NCBI GenBank assembly: GCA_963738405.1
Contig: CAVTWJ010000023.1
Coordinates: forward strand, 128,001-192,000
Source: a candidate division FCPU426 bacterium
GTDB taxonomy: Bacteria; Oederibacteriota; Muellerivitia; Muellerivitales; Muellerivitaceae
Length of the DNA stretch: 64,000 nt
Reading direction: 5' to 3'
How positions within the stretch are numbered: position 1 is the stretch's first letter; each line of letters opens with the position of its first letter. The notes under the pieces are model-generated. The model was given only the letters and a program-made list of their open reading frames with translations. It was not told the DNA's origin and did no database searches. The position numbers and the translations under genes are program-made. Below, piece by piece: positions 55,113 through 64,000 of this stretch.

Positions 55113-55853
55113 TTAGTTCACTTTTTTGTAGCGGTAATAATCCAAGATGATTTTTACCACTTCTGCGGGCTTATCCACGATATGGAAAATATCCAGATCC
55201 TCCAGGTTGATGTACTGTCGGTCCCTCAAAATGGTTTTTTTAATCCAATCCAAGCCCCCCGCCCAATAATCTCTGTCCACCAAGATGATGGGAACCGGCT
55301 CGATTTTTTGGGTTTGCACCAGGGTCAAAAGCTCAAAAAGCTCATCCAGTGTGCCAAAGCCGCCCGGCATGACCACCACCGCCGAGGCGTAGCGCAGGAA
55401 CATCACCTTGCGGATAAAAAAATAGTGAAAGTTGATGGGAAGATTCACAAAGGGATTACCCTTTTGCTCAAAGGGCAGTTCGATATTGCACCCGACCGAC
55501 CGGCCCCCCGCGTCATGGGCTCCCCGATTGGCGGCTTCCATGATCCCAGGCCCTCCGCCGGTGACGATGCTGAAACCCTTTTTAGAAAGTTGATGGCCTA
55601 TTTCCTGCGCCAGCTTGTAATCGGGAGAATCAGGCAGGGTCCGTGCGGACCCGAACACAGTGACGGCAGGGCGGATATTACGAAGGGCCTCAAAACCTTC
55701 CACGAATTCGGAGATGATGCGGAACATCCGCCAGGTATCTTGATCCTTGAAGTCGTTGGCGATCAGGGGGTTATAGGATTGCGGATGGTGATTGCGACCG
55801 TTGGTTTTAGGTTTCGACCCCTTCTTCTTGCTTGGCATGGCCATTCCTTTCAT
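55113..55853 (-). CDS. LOG family (TIGR00730) protein
   Basis: VFGSAR, TGGGPGIMEA, RKVMF, PGGFGTLDE. Confidence 0.93.
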   Translation of the reverse strand: MKGMAMPSKKKGSKPKTNGRNHHPQSYNPLIANDFKDQDTWRMFRIISEFVEGFEALRNIRPAVTVFGSARTLPDSPDYKLAQEIGHQLSKKGFSIVTGGGPGIMEAANRGAHDAGGRSVGCNIELPFEQKGNPFVNLPINFHYFFIRKVMFLRYASAVVVMPGGFGTLDELFELLTLVQTQKIEPVPIILVDRDYWAGGLDWIKKTILRDRQYINLEDLDIFHIVDKPAEVVKIILDYYRYKKVN

Positions 55854-55862
55854 TTTTTAAAA

Positions 55863-56300
55863 TCAGGCGATAACAGCTTCCGACAGGCCTTCCAGCGCGT
55901 CCATGATCCTACGAGGGTGGTCCGTAATCATGGAAGGTAGTGAATCCACGGGGAAATACTTCAGTTCGCTCGTTTCTCCGCTCAAGCGCAGTTCCCCACC
56001 TGTCGCCCGGCACAATAGGGAGACCCTTACCGTATGCCATTCCCGGCCTTGGGCGTAATGTAATGATCCGTCCGTATCGGAATAAATTCCCACGAGCCGA
56101 ACCACCTCGGCCTGAAGACCCGTTTCTTCTTCCAATTCCCGTAAGCCAGCTTGGGCGACGGTTTCACCCAGTTCCATGTGGCCCCCGGGGATGCACCAAA
56201 GACCATTGTCCGTTCTTTTGGCCAAAAGCACTTCACCCTTTTCATTGAACACCAATGCGTTCACCGCGATTTTGGGGGTGATTTGGGGCCGATGGATCAT
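55863..56300 (-). CDS. NUDIX hydrolase
   Basis: GGHMELGETVAQAGLRELEEETGL Nudix box. Confidence 0.92.
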   Translation of the reverse strand: MIHRPQITPKIAVNALVFNEKGEVLLAKRTDNGLWCIPGGHMELGETVAQAGLRELEEETGLQAEVVRLVGIYSDTDGSLHYAQGREWHTVRVSLLCRATGGELRLSGETSELKYFPVDSLPSMITDHPRRIMDALEGLSEAVIA

Positions 56301-56330
56301 GGGACCTCTTAACCTAGCGGGATAGAAACC

Positions 56331-56368
56331 AAAAAAAATCCCACGCCCCTTTGGAAGGAACGTGGGAT
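56331..56368 (-). terminator. Terminator of rplM-rpsI
   Basis: ATCCCACG...CGTGGGAT followed by a T-tract on the minus strand. Confidence 0.75.
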
Positions 56369-56414
56369 GGTAAACAGTCCGCCTCGATCGGGGCCCGAGG
56401 GACCCAAGAGACTT

Positions 56415-56810
56415 TTAGCGCTTCGAGAACTGGAAGCGTTTGCGGGCCTTCTTGCGGCCGTATTTTTTGCGCTCCACCATACGAGGGTCGCGGGTGAGAA
56501 ACCCGGCGGCCTTCAAGGGTTTGCGCATTTCCGCGTCCACTTTCAACAAGGCGCGGGAAATACCGTGGCGGAGAGCTTCCGCCTGTCCAGTCACTCCGCC
56601 GCCGGTTAGGTTGGCGTAAACATCATATTTATTGGAAGCCGAAACCAGCTCCAGAGGTGCTTTCACCGTGGGCACTTTGGCGAAGGGGAAAAATTTCTCG
56701 AGGGGCAGTCCGTTGATGATAAACAAACCCTTGCCGGGACGGAGAATCACGCGGGCCACGGAAGTTTTCCGGCGGCCCGTAGCGATGAATTGTTCCTTGG
56801 ATGCGGTCAC
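56415..56810 (-). CDS. rpsI: 30S ribosomal protein S9
   Basis: [30 protein letters not shown]. Confidence 0.98.
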   Translation of the reverse strand: MTASKEQFIATGRRKTSVARVILRPGKGLFIINGLPLEKFFPFAKVPTVKAPLELVSASNKYDVYANLTGGGVTGQAEALRHGISRALLKVDAEMRKPLKAAGFLTRDPRMVERKKYGRKKARKRFQFSKR

Positions 56811-57268
56811 TTGGCTTCTCCTCTTTTGGCGGGGTGGGGCAATGCTAGGGGCTGGGGTTTCTGGGCCGAATGGGGGTGAACTTCACCCTTATAGATATTC
56901 ACACGGCCAAACATCTTGTCCCCTTGGCTGGTCTTGGGCAACATGCCCTTGATGGCGTATTCCAAAATCCGCTCCGGTTTGGTGGTTCGGATGACCTTGT
57001 ATTCTTCGGTCGACAAGCCCCCCGGACGGCCGGAGGTGCGGTGATGGGCCTTGGTTTCCCACTTGTTGCCGGTGAGAACAATTTTATCGGCGTTAATGAT
57101 GACCACATGGTCCCCGTTTTCGACATGGGGCGTGAAGTTCACCTTATGTTTCCCGCGAAGAACGGCGGCGACCTGACTGGTCAAACGGCCGAGGATCATG
57201 TCCTTGGCGTCCACAATCCACCACTTCCGGTTGATTTCTTTTACTGTCGGCAAATGAGTTTTTTGCAT
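56807..57268 (-). CDS. rplM: 50S ribosomal protein L13
   Basis: WWIVDA..LGRL..LRGKHK..FTPH..GMLPK..HPHSAQ. Confidence 0.98.
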   Translation of the reverse strand: MQKTHLPTVKEINRKWWIVDAKDMILGRLTSQVAAVLRGKHKVNFTPHVENGDHVVIINADKIVLTGNKWETKAHHRTSGRPGGLSTEEYKVIRTTKPERILEYAIKGMLPKTSQGDKMFGRVNIYKGEVHPHSAQKPQPLALPHPAKRGEAK

Positions 57269-57340
57269 GGATCCTAACCTGTAGCTTTTCAAAAGGGCGT
57301 TAAAAGGGCCAAAAAGGCCTCTTCCTTGACAAGGGGTTGA

Positions 57341-57368
57341 ATTATAAGGTTTTTAATCAACGTGTCAA
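57341..57368 (-). promoter_or_regulatory. Consensus sigma70 promoter of rplM
   Basis: TTGACA-16-TATAAT. Confidence 0.85.
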
Positions 57369-57394
57369 GGAGAAGGTGGGGATCAATCCCAGCT

Positions 57395-58666
57395 TTAGGG
57401 AAGGGAAAGCCTAAGCCGGGCTTCCCCCTGCACCATGGAGAAACTGACGGCGCCCCGGTGCCTTAAGACCCATTCTTCCAAACGGGTTTTCCCCAAGGAC
57501 CTTCGGGGCGCCGGAATGCCAATCAAGTCCGCCAAAAAGCCGGGTTTGATTCGCCCCAATTGATGACCAAGACCCAAGGCCCTGGCGGGTTTGGTGGTCG
57601 CCATGGAAAGAATCTCTAAAGCGGAAACTTCCGGATGTTTTTTTTGAAACAGCCTCATCTCCCTAAAAAGGGAAAGGGAGGAATTGCTGGCCAGGCTGTC
57701 CGTTCCCAAGCAAACAGGAATACGGTGCCGTTGGAGCCTTCGGTAGGGAAAAGGATCATGTTTGAAAAAAGCGTGGCTTCCCGGGCAGTGTACCACCGTG
57801 ATGCGGTTTTTGGCCAAGAGGGTTAGGTCCCTTTCATCCGCGTGGTTCAGGTGAACCGCCAGGTCGATTTTCGGCAACCAGCCGCATTGGTTGAGATACT
57901 GCACGGGAGTGGTGCTCCGGGGAAGGTTCCAATCCGGATTCAGGACCTTGATCCGGTCCGCCAAGGGCCCCTTCCCTTTTCGGAAGAAATTCCATTCTTC
58001 CCTGCTCTCCCCCAAATGGAGGGTTGTGAGAATTCCACGATGGACGGAGAGAAACTTTCCCAGGAGGCCAAAGATTTCCTTCGACACCGTAAAGGGAGTG
58101 TGGGGCGAAAAACCGGCTCGGACCAGACCCTGGGGGTCGCCCTCCGTGGACAGGGCTTTCCACTTCTCGAGGGTTTGTTTCCAATAGGCGGCAGGGGAAG
58201 CCTGCCCCAGATCTAGAACTTCCAAAAATCCAAGAGCCCGCAAACCTGATTGAAAAAGGGGCTGAAGGCTTTCACCGCTGGTGGCCACGTCGCAAAGGGT
58301 GGTCGTTCCATAGGCCAGACTTTGTTGGATCCCCTCAAGGGCGGATCTTTTGAATTCCGAACGGGGAGTCAGGCTCGTTTTCATTCCCATGGTTCTGAGC
58401 CATTCGCGGAAAGAGTTCCGGTAAGGAACCTTTTCCTTGAAGCGAGTAAAATCCAAGTGACAATGGGCATTGATCAAACCGGGCAAGAGGACCGTATCGC
58501 CCAGATCGAGGGTCCGCACCGAGGGAAGAAAGGCCAGATCCTTGCGCTGACCCACCTGCAAAATTCGGCCGCCCTGAACCAGCACGAAAGCATTCTCAAC
58601 GGGCTTAGGTCTGTCGAGGGTGAGAAGGTATTTTGAAAAGAGAACCAACCGGTGGCTCGTGTTCAT
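57395..58666 (-). CDS. Amidohydrolase family protein (deaminase-like)
   Basis: PGLINAHCHL, HLGES, VHCPGS, LGTDS. Confidence 0.88.
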   Translation of the reverse strand: MNTSHRLVLFSKYLLTLDRPKPVENAFVLVQGGRILQVGQRKDLAFLPSVRTLDLGDTVLLPGLINAHCHLDFTRFKEKVPYRNSFREWLRTMGMKTSLTPRSEFKRSALEGIQQSLAYGTTTLCDVATSGESLQPLFQSGLRALGFLEVLDLGQASPAAYWKQTLEKWKALSTEGDPQGLVRAGFSPHTPFTVSKEIFGLLGKFLSVHRGILTTLHLGESREEWNFFRKGKGPLADRIKVLNPDWNLPRSTTPVQYLNQCGWLPKIDLAVHLNHADERDLTLLAKNRITVVHCPGSHAFFKHDPFPYRRLQRHRIPVCLGTDSLASNSSLSLFREMRLFQKKHPEVSALEILSMATTKPARALGLGHQLGRIKPGFLADLIGIPAPRRSLGKTRLEEWVLRHRGAVSFSMVQGEARLRLSLP

Positions 58667-58780
58667 GAACCTAGGTTACCAGCCTCGCCTCCGACCATAC
58701 AATCCAAAGGAAAAGACCATTTCTGTTCTCTTTTTCTTCTGGGTTGACCCTGACACAGGGCTCGCTTAGATTAGGCCCTC

Positions 58781-60073
58781 ATGCTCGACAATCAAATTTC
58801 AAACACCTTTTTCGATTTTACCAGCAAACTGACCACCCGTTTTCCCAGGGGTGGAGCATGGTTTTTTGACCACACTCTGATTCCTGCCCTCGGCAACCCG
58901 CTGACGAGACACTTGACCAGGCGCCATACCCTAAACACGCTCAAATCCATCAAGGATTTCCAGAGAATCCTGGTGGTATCGGATATCCACATCGGCGACG
59001 CCATCCTGGCGGCCGGGGGCGTGGCGGTTTTCAGGGACTTCTTCCCCAATGCCCGCATCGATTATGTGGTCAAAAAAACGGTGGCGTGCTTATTTGAGGG
59101 AAACCCGGACATCACCAACCTTTACCCCGTCTTTACCGGTGGGCAGTTCCCCAACGAAACAGACTTAGACGCTGTTAAAAAACTGGCTTTCGAGAACGAT
59201 TACGACCTTTGTCTTAACTGCTGTCCTTTTATCGAGGACGGGAAAATCTTTCCCCGGGGCCAGCGCGTGCTCAACATGGCGGTCCAGGGCGCCCCGAAGA
59301 TCCTGATGAACTTGACAGGTAAGACCGGCACCTGCCATTTCATGTACTCAACCTACGATCTGGCGGGGGAATTCCTTCCGAAAATCACTGGAAAAACCAG
59401 CCCCCGGCCCTTCAAGGGCATTCCCGTCACCCTTTCCGACCAGGCCCATTCCCTAGCCCTGGCCTTTATCAAAGAATCCAAGATACCCACGGATGGTCAT
59501 CTCTTTTTTCTGAACCCTGACACAGCCTCCCCCTTTAACCGCATCCCCTTTGAAAGCCAGTTGGTCCTCTTAAAGGGCCTGCTCAACCTGCCAGGGCATG
59601 TGCTCTTGGGTTCGGCCTTTACGGCCAAGGACATCGAACATCAACTTGTGGAAAGACTTTCGGAAAGCGAAAGAGCCCGCCTGACGGTTGTGCCTAAAAC
59701 ATTGGAATTGGACGCCTATGCGGCCTTGCTAGATTTTTCGGATATCTTTATTTCGGGAGATACAGGCCCCCTGCATATTGGCGCGGCCCGCAAGGTTTCT
59801 AAAACTGGAAATATAAAATTCAGGAATAAAACTTATGTCGTCTCGGTTTTCGGCGCCACCAACGCACGCATGTCGGGGTACGACTCCACCAATCCCCTTT
59901 TTCCGCCCGCGGACCAAGACAGTCCCTCGCGTTGTTATGTTTCCGAAAGCCCCTGCCGCAACATCACCTGCATGAACAAGATGTCCAAAACCTGCAAGGC
60001 CGTCCGCTGTTTTGAGTTTTTGGATGTGGAAAAGATTCTGGAAGATATCCGTACCCATCTGAAGAGCCTCTAA
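58781..60073 (+). CDS. Glycosyltransferase family 9 (heptosyltransferase-like)
   Basis: HIGDAIL, FPNARID, SGDTGPLHIGAA, VSVFGAT. Confidence 0.85.
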   Translation: MLDNQISNTFFDFTSKLTTRFPRGGAWFFDHTLIPALGNPLTRHLTRRHTLNTLKSIKDFQRILVVSDIHIGDAILAAGGVAVFRDFFPNARIDYVVKKTVACLFEGNPDITNLYPVFTGGQFPNETDLDAVKKLAFENDYDLCLNCCPFIEDGKIFPRGQRVLNMAVQGAPKILMNLTGKTGTCHFMYSTYDLAGEFLPKITGKTSPRPFKGIPVTLSDQAHSLALAFIKESKIPTDGHLFFLNPDTASPFNRIPFESQLVLLKGLLNLPGHVLLGSAFTAKDIEHQLVERLSESERARLTVVPKTLELDAYAALLDFSDIFISGDTGPLHIGAARKVSKTGNIKFRNKTYVVSVFGATNARMSGYDSTNPLFPPADQDSPSRCYVSESPCRNITCMNKMSKTCKAVRCFEFLDVEKILEDIRTHLKSL

Positions 60074-60090
60074 ATCGTCCAATGTTACTG

Positions 60091-60111
60091 CACCAAGCCG
60101 GGAGCTTGGTG
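60091..60111. terminator. Hairpin between convergent genes
   Basis: CACCAAGC-CGGGA-GCTTGGTG. Confidence 0.45.
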
Positions 60112-60139
60112 TTCCCCGCCGCTTACAATATTTATAGTC

Positions 60140-60688
60140 CTATTTTCCAGATATTAATTTAGTAACTGGAGACGGTTTAATATTTTTAAATTTTCCATCC
60201 GGATCAACTAATTGCCGCAAGAAAAGAACACAAGCATTGAAATCGTCTGGCAATTTAGAAATTCTGTTAAGTTTTCGGATCAAAAGAATCAAATTAAAAC
60301 TTGCAACAAATATCCAAAAAAAGACCGATCGCCAAGGTTGATCAAAATACATAATTGGTAAAATGGTCCACAAAATCACGGACTTAAAAACAAAACCAAT
60401 CCAAATCCTAAAGTTTGAAATGCCATATACAGCAAGGCCATTACCATCCATGCCATAACCCTCCCACCTAAACGTTACAGAAAACGTGTCATCTTTCTTA
60501 ATGTTACGTCCGTAAATCTTTTTTACCAAACTCACATTCGCAGAAATACCTTTTTCATCCCATTCAGAAACTTGAAAATAGGGAACATGATTTTTCTCTA
60601 ACATTTTTTCATGTTTTTTAAAAACATCGTTACATCCTTTCAAATCCAAATCGGTTCTAATATGTGTTATTTTGGGAATCGAAAACAT
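60140..60688 (-). CDS. AT-rich hypothetical membrane protein (lone cassette-like gene)
   Basis: Two C-terminal TMs; ATG 22 bp from family B site 9. Confidence 0.7.
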   Translation of the reverse strand: MFSIPKITHIRTDLDLKGCNDVFKKHEKMLEKNHVPYFQVSEWDEKGISANVSLVKKIYGRNIKKDDTFSVTFRWEGYGMDGNGLAVYGISNFRIWIGFVFKSVILWTILPIMYFDQPWRSVFFWIFVASFNLILLIRKLNRISKLPDDFNACVLFLRQLVDPDGKFKNIKPSPVTKLISGK

Positions 60689-60710
60689 ATTGCCCCTGAC
60701 GTTATTTTCT

Positions 60711-60738
60711 TGTCCACGACGGGTCCCCGTCGTGGACA
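60711..60738. repeat. Family B palindrome 9 (perfect consensus)
   Basis: TGTCCACGACGGGTCCCCGTCGTGGACA, identical to 27014-27041. Confidence 0.97.
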
Positions 60739-60769
60739 AGATTTATGATCAAAACAAAACCAACAATTC

Positions 60770-61678
60770 CTATTTCGGCAATGTCTTGGGTGGTCCCGAC
60801 TTGGGAGTGGGCGGGGGCGGGGCGGTGGAACGCCGCACCATCAGTTCTGGCTCGATCAAGATATGCTGCCGGGCCTTTTGGGGGTCCAGCACGATAGAAT
60901 CCAACATCTCGACGGCAATTCGACCCATCTCATAGAAGGGCTGGTGGATGGTGGTCAATGGCGGGCTATGCAAGGCAGCCTGGTCGTAATTATCAAAACC
61001 CACCACCGAAAGATTTCCCGGAATGCGCAGGTCTATTTCTGCCGCTTTCTGCATGGCGCCAAAGGCGATCATGTCGCTGGCGCAGACTAGGGCCGTGGGG
61101 CGCACCGTTTCGGGCAGGGCCAAAAGCTCTCCCGCCGCTTCCCTTCCGAAATCGGAGGAAAATACCCCATGCCTCACCCAATCGGCGTTTTCCAAGATGC
61201 CCCTTTCCTTCATCGCCGTTTGAAACCCCGCATAGCGGTCCCGGGCGTTGGAGGAAAGCTCCAATTCACCGCCCAAATAGCCGATGCGGTTGTGACCCAG
61301 GTGGATTAAATGTTCCGTGGCCTTGCGGGCTCCCTCCTGGTTGTCCAAATCCACCCAGGAATATTCCTCCCCCTCATCCCTGTGGAAAAGAAGAACAATA
61401 GGGATTTTGACGTCTTTCAGGATGCTCAAGTCCTGGTTCCGAGTGCGGGGCGCCATAATGACCAACCCCGAAAGCTCTTCTTTCTTAAGAAATTCCGCCT
61501 CCCCTCCCAATTCACCTACCACATTTTTCAGAAGAAGGGGAAATTCAGAACGGGTGATGCCGTCAATGATGCCGGTAAGGGTTTGCTGATAATAGGTTTC
61601 CGAAAGATGAGGGGAACATTCCCAGAAGGAAAGAAGTCCCAGGGAACGGTGGGATTTGGATATAGAGTTTTGAGTCAT
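60770..61678 (-). CDS. LacI-type ligand-binding domain protein without HTH
   Basis: DNQEGA..ATEHLIHLGH..IG, SDMIAFG, LSVVGFD, PPLTTIHQP, RRST. Confidence 0.85.
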   Translation of the reverse strand: MTQNSISKSHRSLGLLSFWECSPHLSETYYQQTLTGIIDGITRSEFPLLLKNVVGELGGEAEFLKKEELSGLVIMAPRTRNQDLSILKDVKIPIVLLFHRDEGEEYSWVDLDNQEGARKATEHLIHLGHNRIGYLGGELELSSNARDRYAGFQTAMKERGILENADWVRHGVFSSDFGREAAGELLALPETVRPTALVCASDMIAFGAMQKAAEIDLRIPGNLSVVGFDNYDQAALHSPPLTTIHQPFYEMGRIAVEMLDSIVLDPQKARQHILIEPELMVRRSTAPPPPTPKSGPPKTLPK

Positions 61679-61732
61679 TCTTTGCCTCGACCAAAGCTTG
61701 GACCACAGAATTACTCAAAAAAAGATAATTTA

Positions 61733-61812
61733 GCCACAGATTCATGAGATTCATGGGATCAAAACCATTTACGTCTTTTGCTTCATCTGCTTGCATCCCA
61801 TGCATCTGTGGC
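61733..61812. repeat. Tandem-unit inverted repeat related in architecture to family A (9-bp units)
   Basis: GCCACAGATTCATGAGATTCATGGGAT ... ATCTGCTTGCATCCCATGCATCTGTGGC. Confidence 0.7.
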
Positions 61813-61869
61813 AAAAAAGCTTTTGGCTACACAGTAAAAATCTTACGCCTCAACTTACGTTATGAAAAC

Positions 61870-62769
61870 TTATTTCGTCACGTAATCTTCCATGGTCTCA
61901 AACTTATCGAAAGGTTTTTTATCCGTGGAAATCCCCCCGCGCGTTTTGAGCACTTGGAGTTCCTCGTTGGTGGGATCCACCCGGTAAAGGGAGGGAGTGA
62001 AATAGTCGAAAGTTATCCCCTGTTTTTTCAATTTCTTCACGTTGGATTCCATCACCCGGATTGAAATGGGGGAAGCGGAAGCCATGCGGTAGGTCCAGCC
62101 CATTCCAAAACAGGGCATTTCTACCCGGGCAGTGAGAATGTTCGAAAACACCGAGCGGAAGGTTTTATAAATCGTGGCGAAGGAGTCTGGAAAGAGATAA
62201 TAGTTGTCCGTGTGAATTCCGATCAACCCGCCCTTCTTCAACCTTTTCTTGCAGGTTTGGTAAAACTCCTTGGTGTAAAGCATCTTGGAAGGACCATGGG
62301 GCTCCGTCAGGTCAATGATGAGCACATCGTATTTTTCGGGGTTTTCTACCAGCCGCTTGCGGGCGTCTTCGTAAATGATCTCCACCCTTGGATCCTTGAG
62401 GCACTTTTCAATTTCAGGGTAATTTTTCCGGCAAAAATCCACCACGCCCTTGTCAATCTCGACCATCAGGATGCGCTTGAGGGTCTTAAACTTCACCGCC
62501 TCTTCCAAAGCGAAACAATCCCCTCCCCCAATCACACAGATGCTTTCGGGTTTTCGGTGGGCTAATAGCGGCGCTGAGACTAGGTACTGGTGATAGCGGT
62601 TTTCGTCCCCGCGGCTGATCTGGATTTTTCCATCCAGAAAGAGCAGAGTCCCAAAGGTGTCGTTCTCGAAGATTTCCATCGATTGATAGGGCGTCTGGCC
62701 CTTATAGAGGGACTGGCCCTTATAGACATGGCCGAAGGTATTGGTGGTCCACTCTGTTTTGATATCCAT
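61870..62769 (-). CDS. speE: Polyamine aminopropyltransferase (spermidine synthase family)
   Basis: TPYQ, LFLDG, VIGGGD, VEID, YDVLIIDLTEP, LYTKEFY. Confidence 0.88.
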   Translation of the reverse strand: MDIKTEWTTNTFGHVYKGQSLYKGQTPYQSMEIFENDTFGTLLFLDGKIQISRGDENRYHQYLVSAPLLAHRKPESICVIGGGDCFALEEAVKFKTLKRILMVEIDKGVVDFCRKNYPEIEKCLKDPRVEIIYEDARKRLVENPEKYDVLIIDLTEPHGPSKMLYTKEFYQTCKKRLKKGGLIGIHTDNYYLFPDSFATIYKTFRSVFSNILTARVEMPCFGMGWTYRMASASPISIRVMESNVKKLKKQGITFDYFTPSLYRVDPTNEELQVLKTRGGISTDKKPFDKFETMEDYVTK

Positions 62770-62857
62770 TGGGATGGCTCCTGGGGAGGGGGTGCTTTTG
62801 CCGGGGATTATATCGGAATTCAGGGAAAGGGCCTGGAAAAACCTTGGTAACAAATAG

Positions 62858-63961
62858 CTAGAACAGATATAGATCCAGGGAAAACCTTAAATCAAAGCCT
62901 GTGTAATCAATGGCGGCATAGTCCCCATTGCCCTGACCCAGGCTTTGGCTGGACTGAACCCCCAGCGTGCCGTTTCGCAAAACTGCCAGGGCCGCCGTGG
63001 TTCCAACCGCCTGGTTGGTGGCGCTTCCCTGAACCTGGGGAATCTTGGCATAACGAAACCTGCCGGAAAGTTCCAGACCCACTTCTCTCGTCACGAACCA
63101 CTCGTTTCCTACCCCTAAGGCGCAGCCCAAAGCCCCGCCGGTAAACTGTCCCACCACCGGGTTCATGGGATCGGCCTGGTAATACCTTACCTGAGTAAAA
63201 TAATATCCGACCCCGCCCATGGCGAACAAACGGCTTTTGCCGCTTGTCAAATTTCGGTAATAGTTCAAATCCAAAGCGTAGGTGTCGGGAGTCACCGACT
63301 GAATCAGATTGGCGTTTGAGGAAACCACCGTAACTTGGTAACCCTCGCCGCCTAAATAATCCAACCCCACGGAAAACACATTCGCCTCATCCAGGTTGCA
63401 TCCCCCTTCCAACCCCAGTTCGACTCCCGTATTGCGGGCGGTGGCCAAGCCATTGGAGGTTCCGATACCTGAGGATTTATTCCAAGACTGAGCCCCCGAT
63501 TCCAGGTCCGACATGTTGGCGAAACCGAAGCTGGAATTTAATTTGAGCCAAACCGGAAAACGGGGACCTGAGGGTTTATGGGATACATAGGATGGATAGG
63601 GCATGGCGTAACCGGAAACTTGGGCCAAGAGATCGGTGGAAACGATCACGGCTTGCGGATGGGCATAGCCGTATTCGACCGTCTCAAGGGGCTGCAAGGA
63701 AAAGGAAGAAGTTAGGGAGGAGGACGAGAACTGCAGTTTCTTGAAATTATTGAGAAGTCCCGGATTGTTGGGATTAATCTTTAAGCTTTCCTGATAGGCC
63801 CCCATCGCGGCGTCCCTTTGCTGAAGGACAAAATAGCAGTTACCGATCATGTGGTAGGTTTTCCAGGAGTCCAGGTTTTCATCGGCGGCTAAATAGAAAT
63901 GGTGGAGGGCTTCCTGGTACTTGCCTAACTGGTAAAGATGAAAGCCCGTTTCATATTCCAA
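62858..63961 (-). CDS. TPR + outer-membrane beta-barrel protein (start uncertain, may extend past the window edge)
   Basis: N-terminal TPRs, amphipathic beta strands and C-terminal YLF. Confidence 0.7.
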   Translation of the reverse strand: MEYETGFHLYQLGKYQEALHHFYLAADENLDSWKTYHMIGNCYFVLQQRDAAMGAYQESLKINPNNPGLLNNFKKLQFSSSSLTSSFSLQPLETVEYGYAHPQAVIVSTDLLAQVSGYAMPYPSYVSHKPSGPRFPVWLKLNSSFGFANMSDLESGAQSWNKSSGIGTSNGLATARNTGVELGLEGGCNLDEANVFSVGLDYLGGEGYQVTVVSSNANLIQSVTPDTYALDLNYYRNLTSGKSRLFAMGGVGYYFTQVRYYQADPMNPVVGQFTGGALGCALGVGNEWFVTREVGLELSGRFRYAKIPQVQGSATNQAVGTTAALAVLRNGTLGVQSSQSLGQGNGDYAAIDYTGFDLRFSLDLYLF

Positions 63962-64000
63962 GGCTCCGGACTTTTCAGGAGCGCCAAAACAAGGCGAACC

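Overview
This is a chromosomal window from a diderm bacterium with mostly minus-strand housekeeping genes: ppdK, glyQS, a complete Rrf2-sufBCDSUT operon, gntK, recO, ftsK-lolA-rodZ-yajQ, gatCAB, pcrA, rplM-rpsI and speE. Two accessory regions interrupt it. (1) 14.7-22 kb holds an M50/TPR protease, a TcmP + DUF5131 pair, an 809-aa ParB-like membrane fusion carrying two palindromes in its own coding sequence, and a Sel1 protein. (2) 24.9-29.9 kb is the most striking feature: an array of co-oriented single-gene or toxin-antitoxin cassettes separated by eight copies of a 28-bp palindrome (TGTCCACGACG-GGTCCC-CGTCGTGGACA, 11-6-11). It looks like an integron or dif-module array, but the sites are neither attC nor canonical dif. 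A ninth copy precedes a lone AT-rich gene at 60.7 kb, and no recombinase is encoded in the window. Also present are a dispersed MITE-like family with tandem 8-bp-unit inverted arms, an ECF sigma/anti-sigma + PorV-like + serpin locus sharing a promoter motif, and a 1-bp frameshift in gatB that is probably a sequencing error. No rRNA, tRNA or CRISPR array was seen. Product calls come from motif recognition only; no database searches were run.
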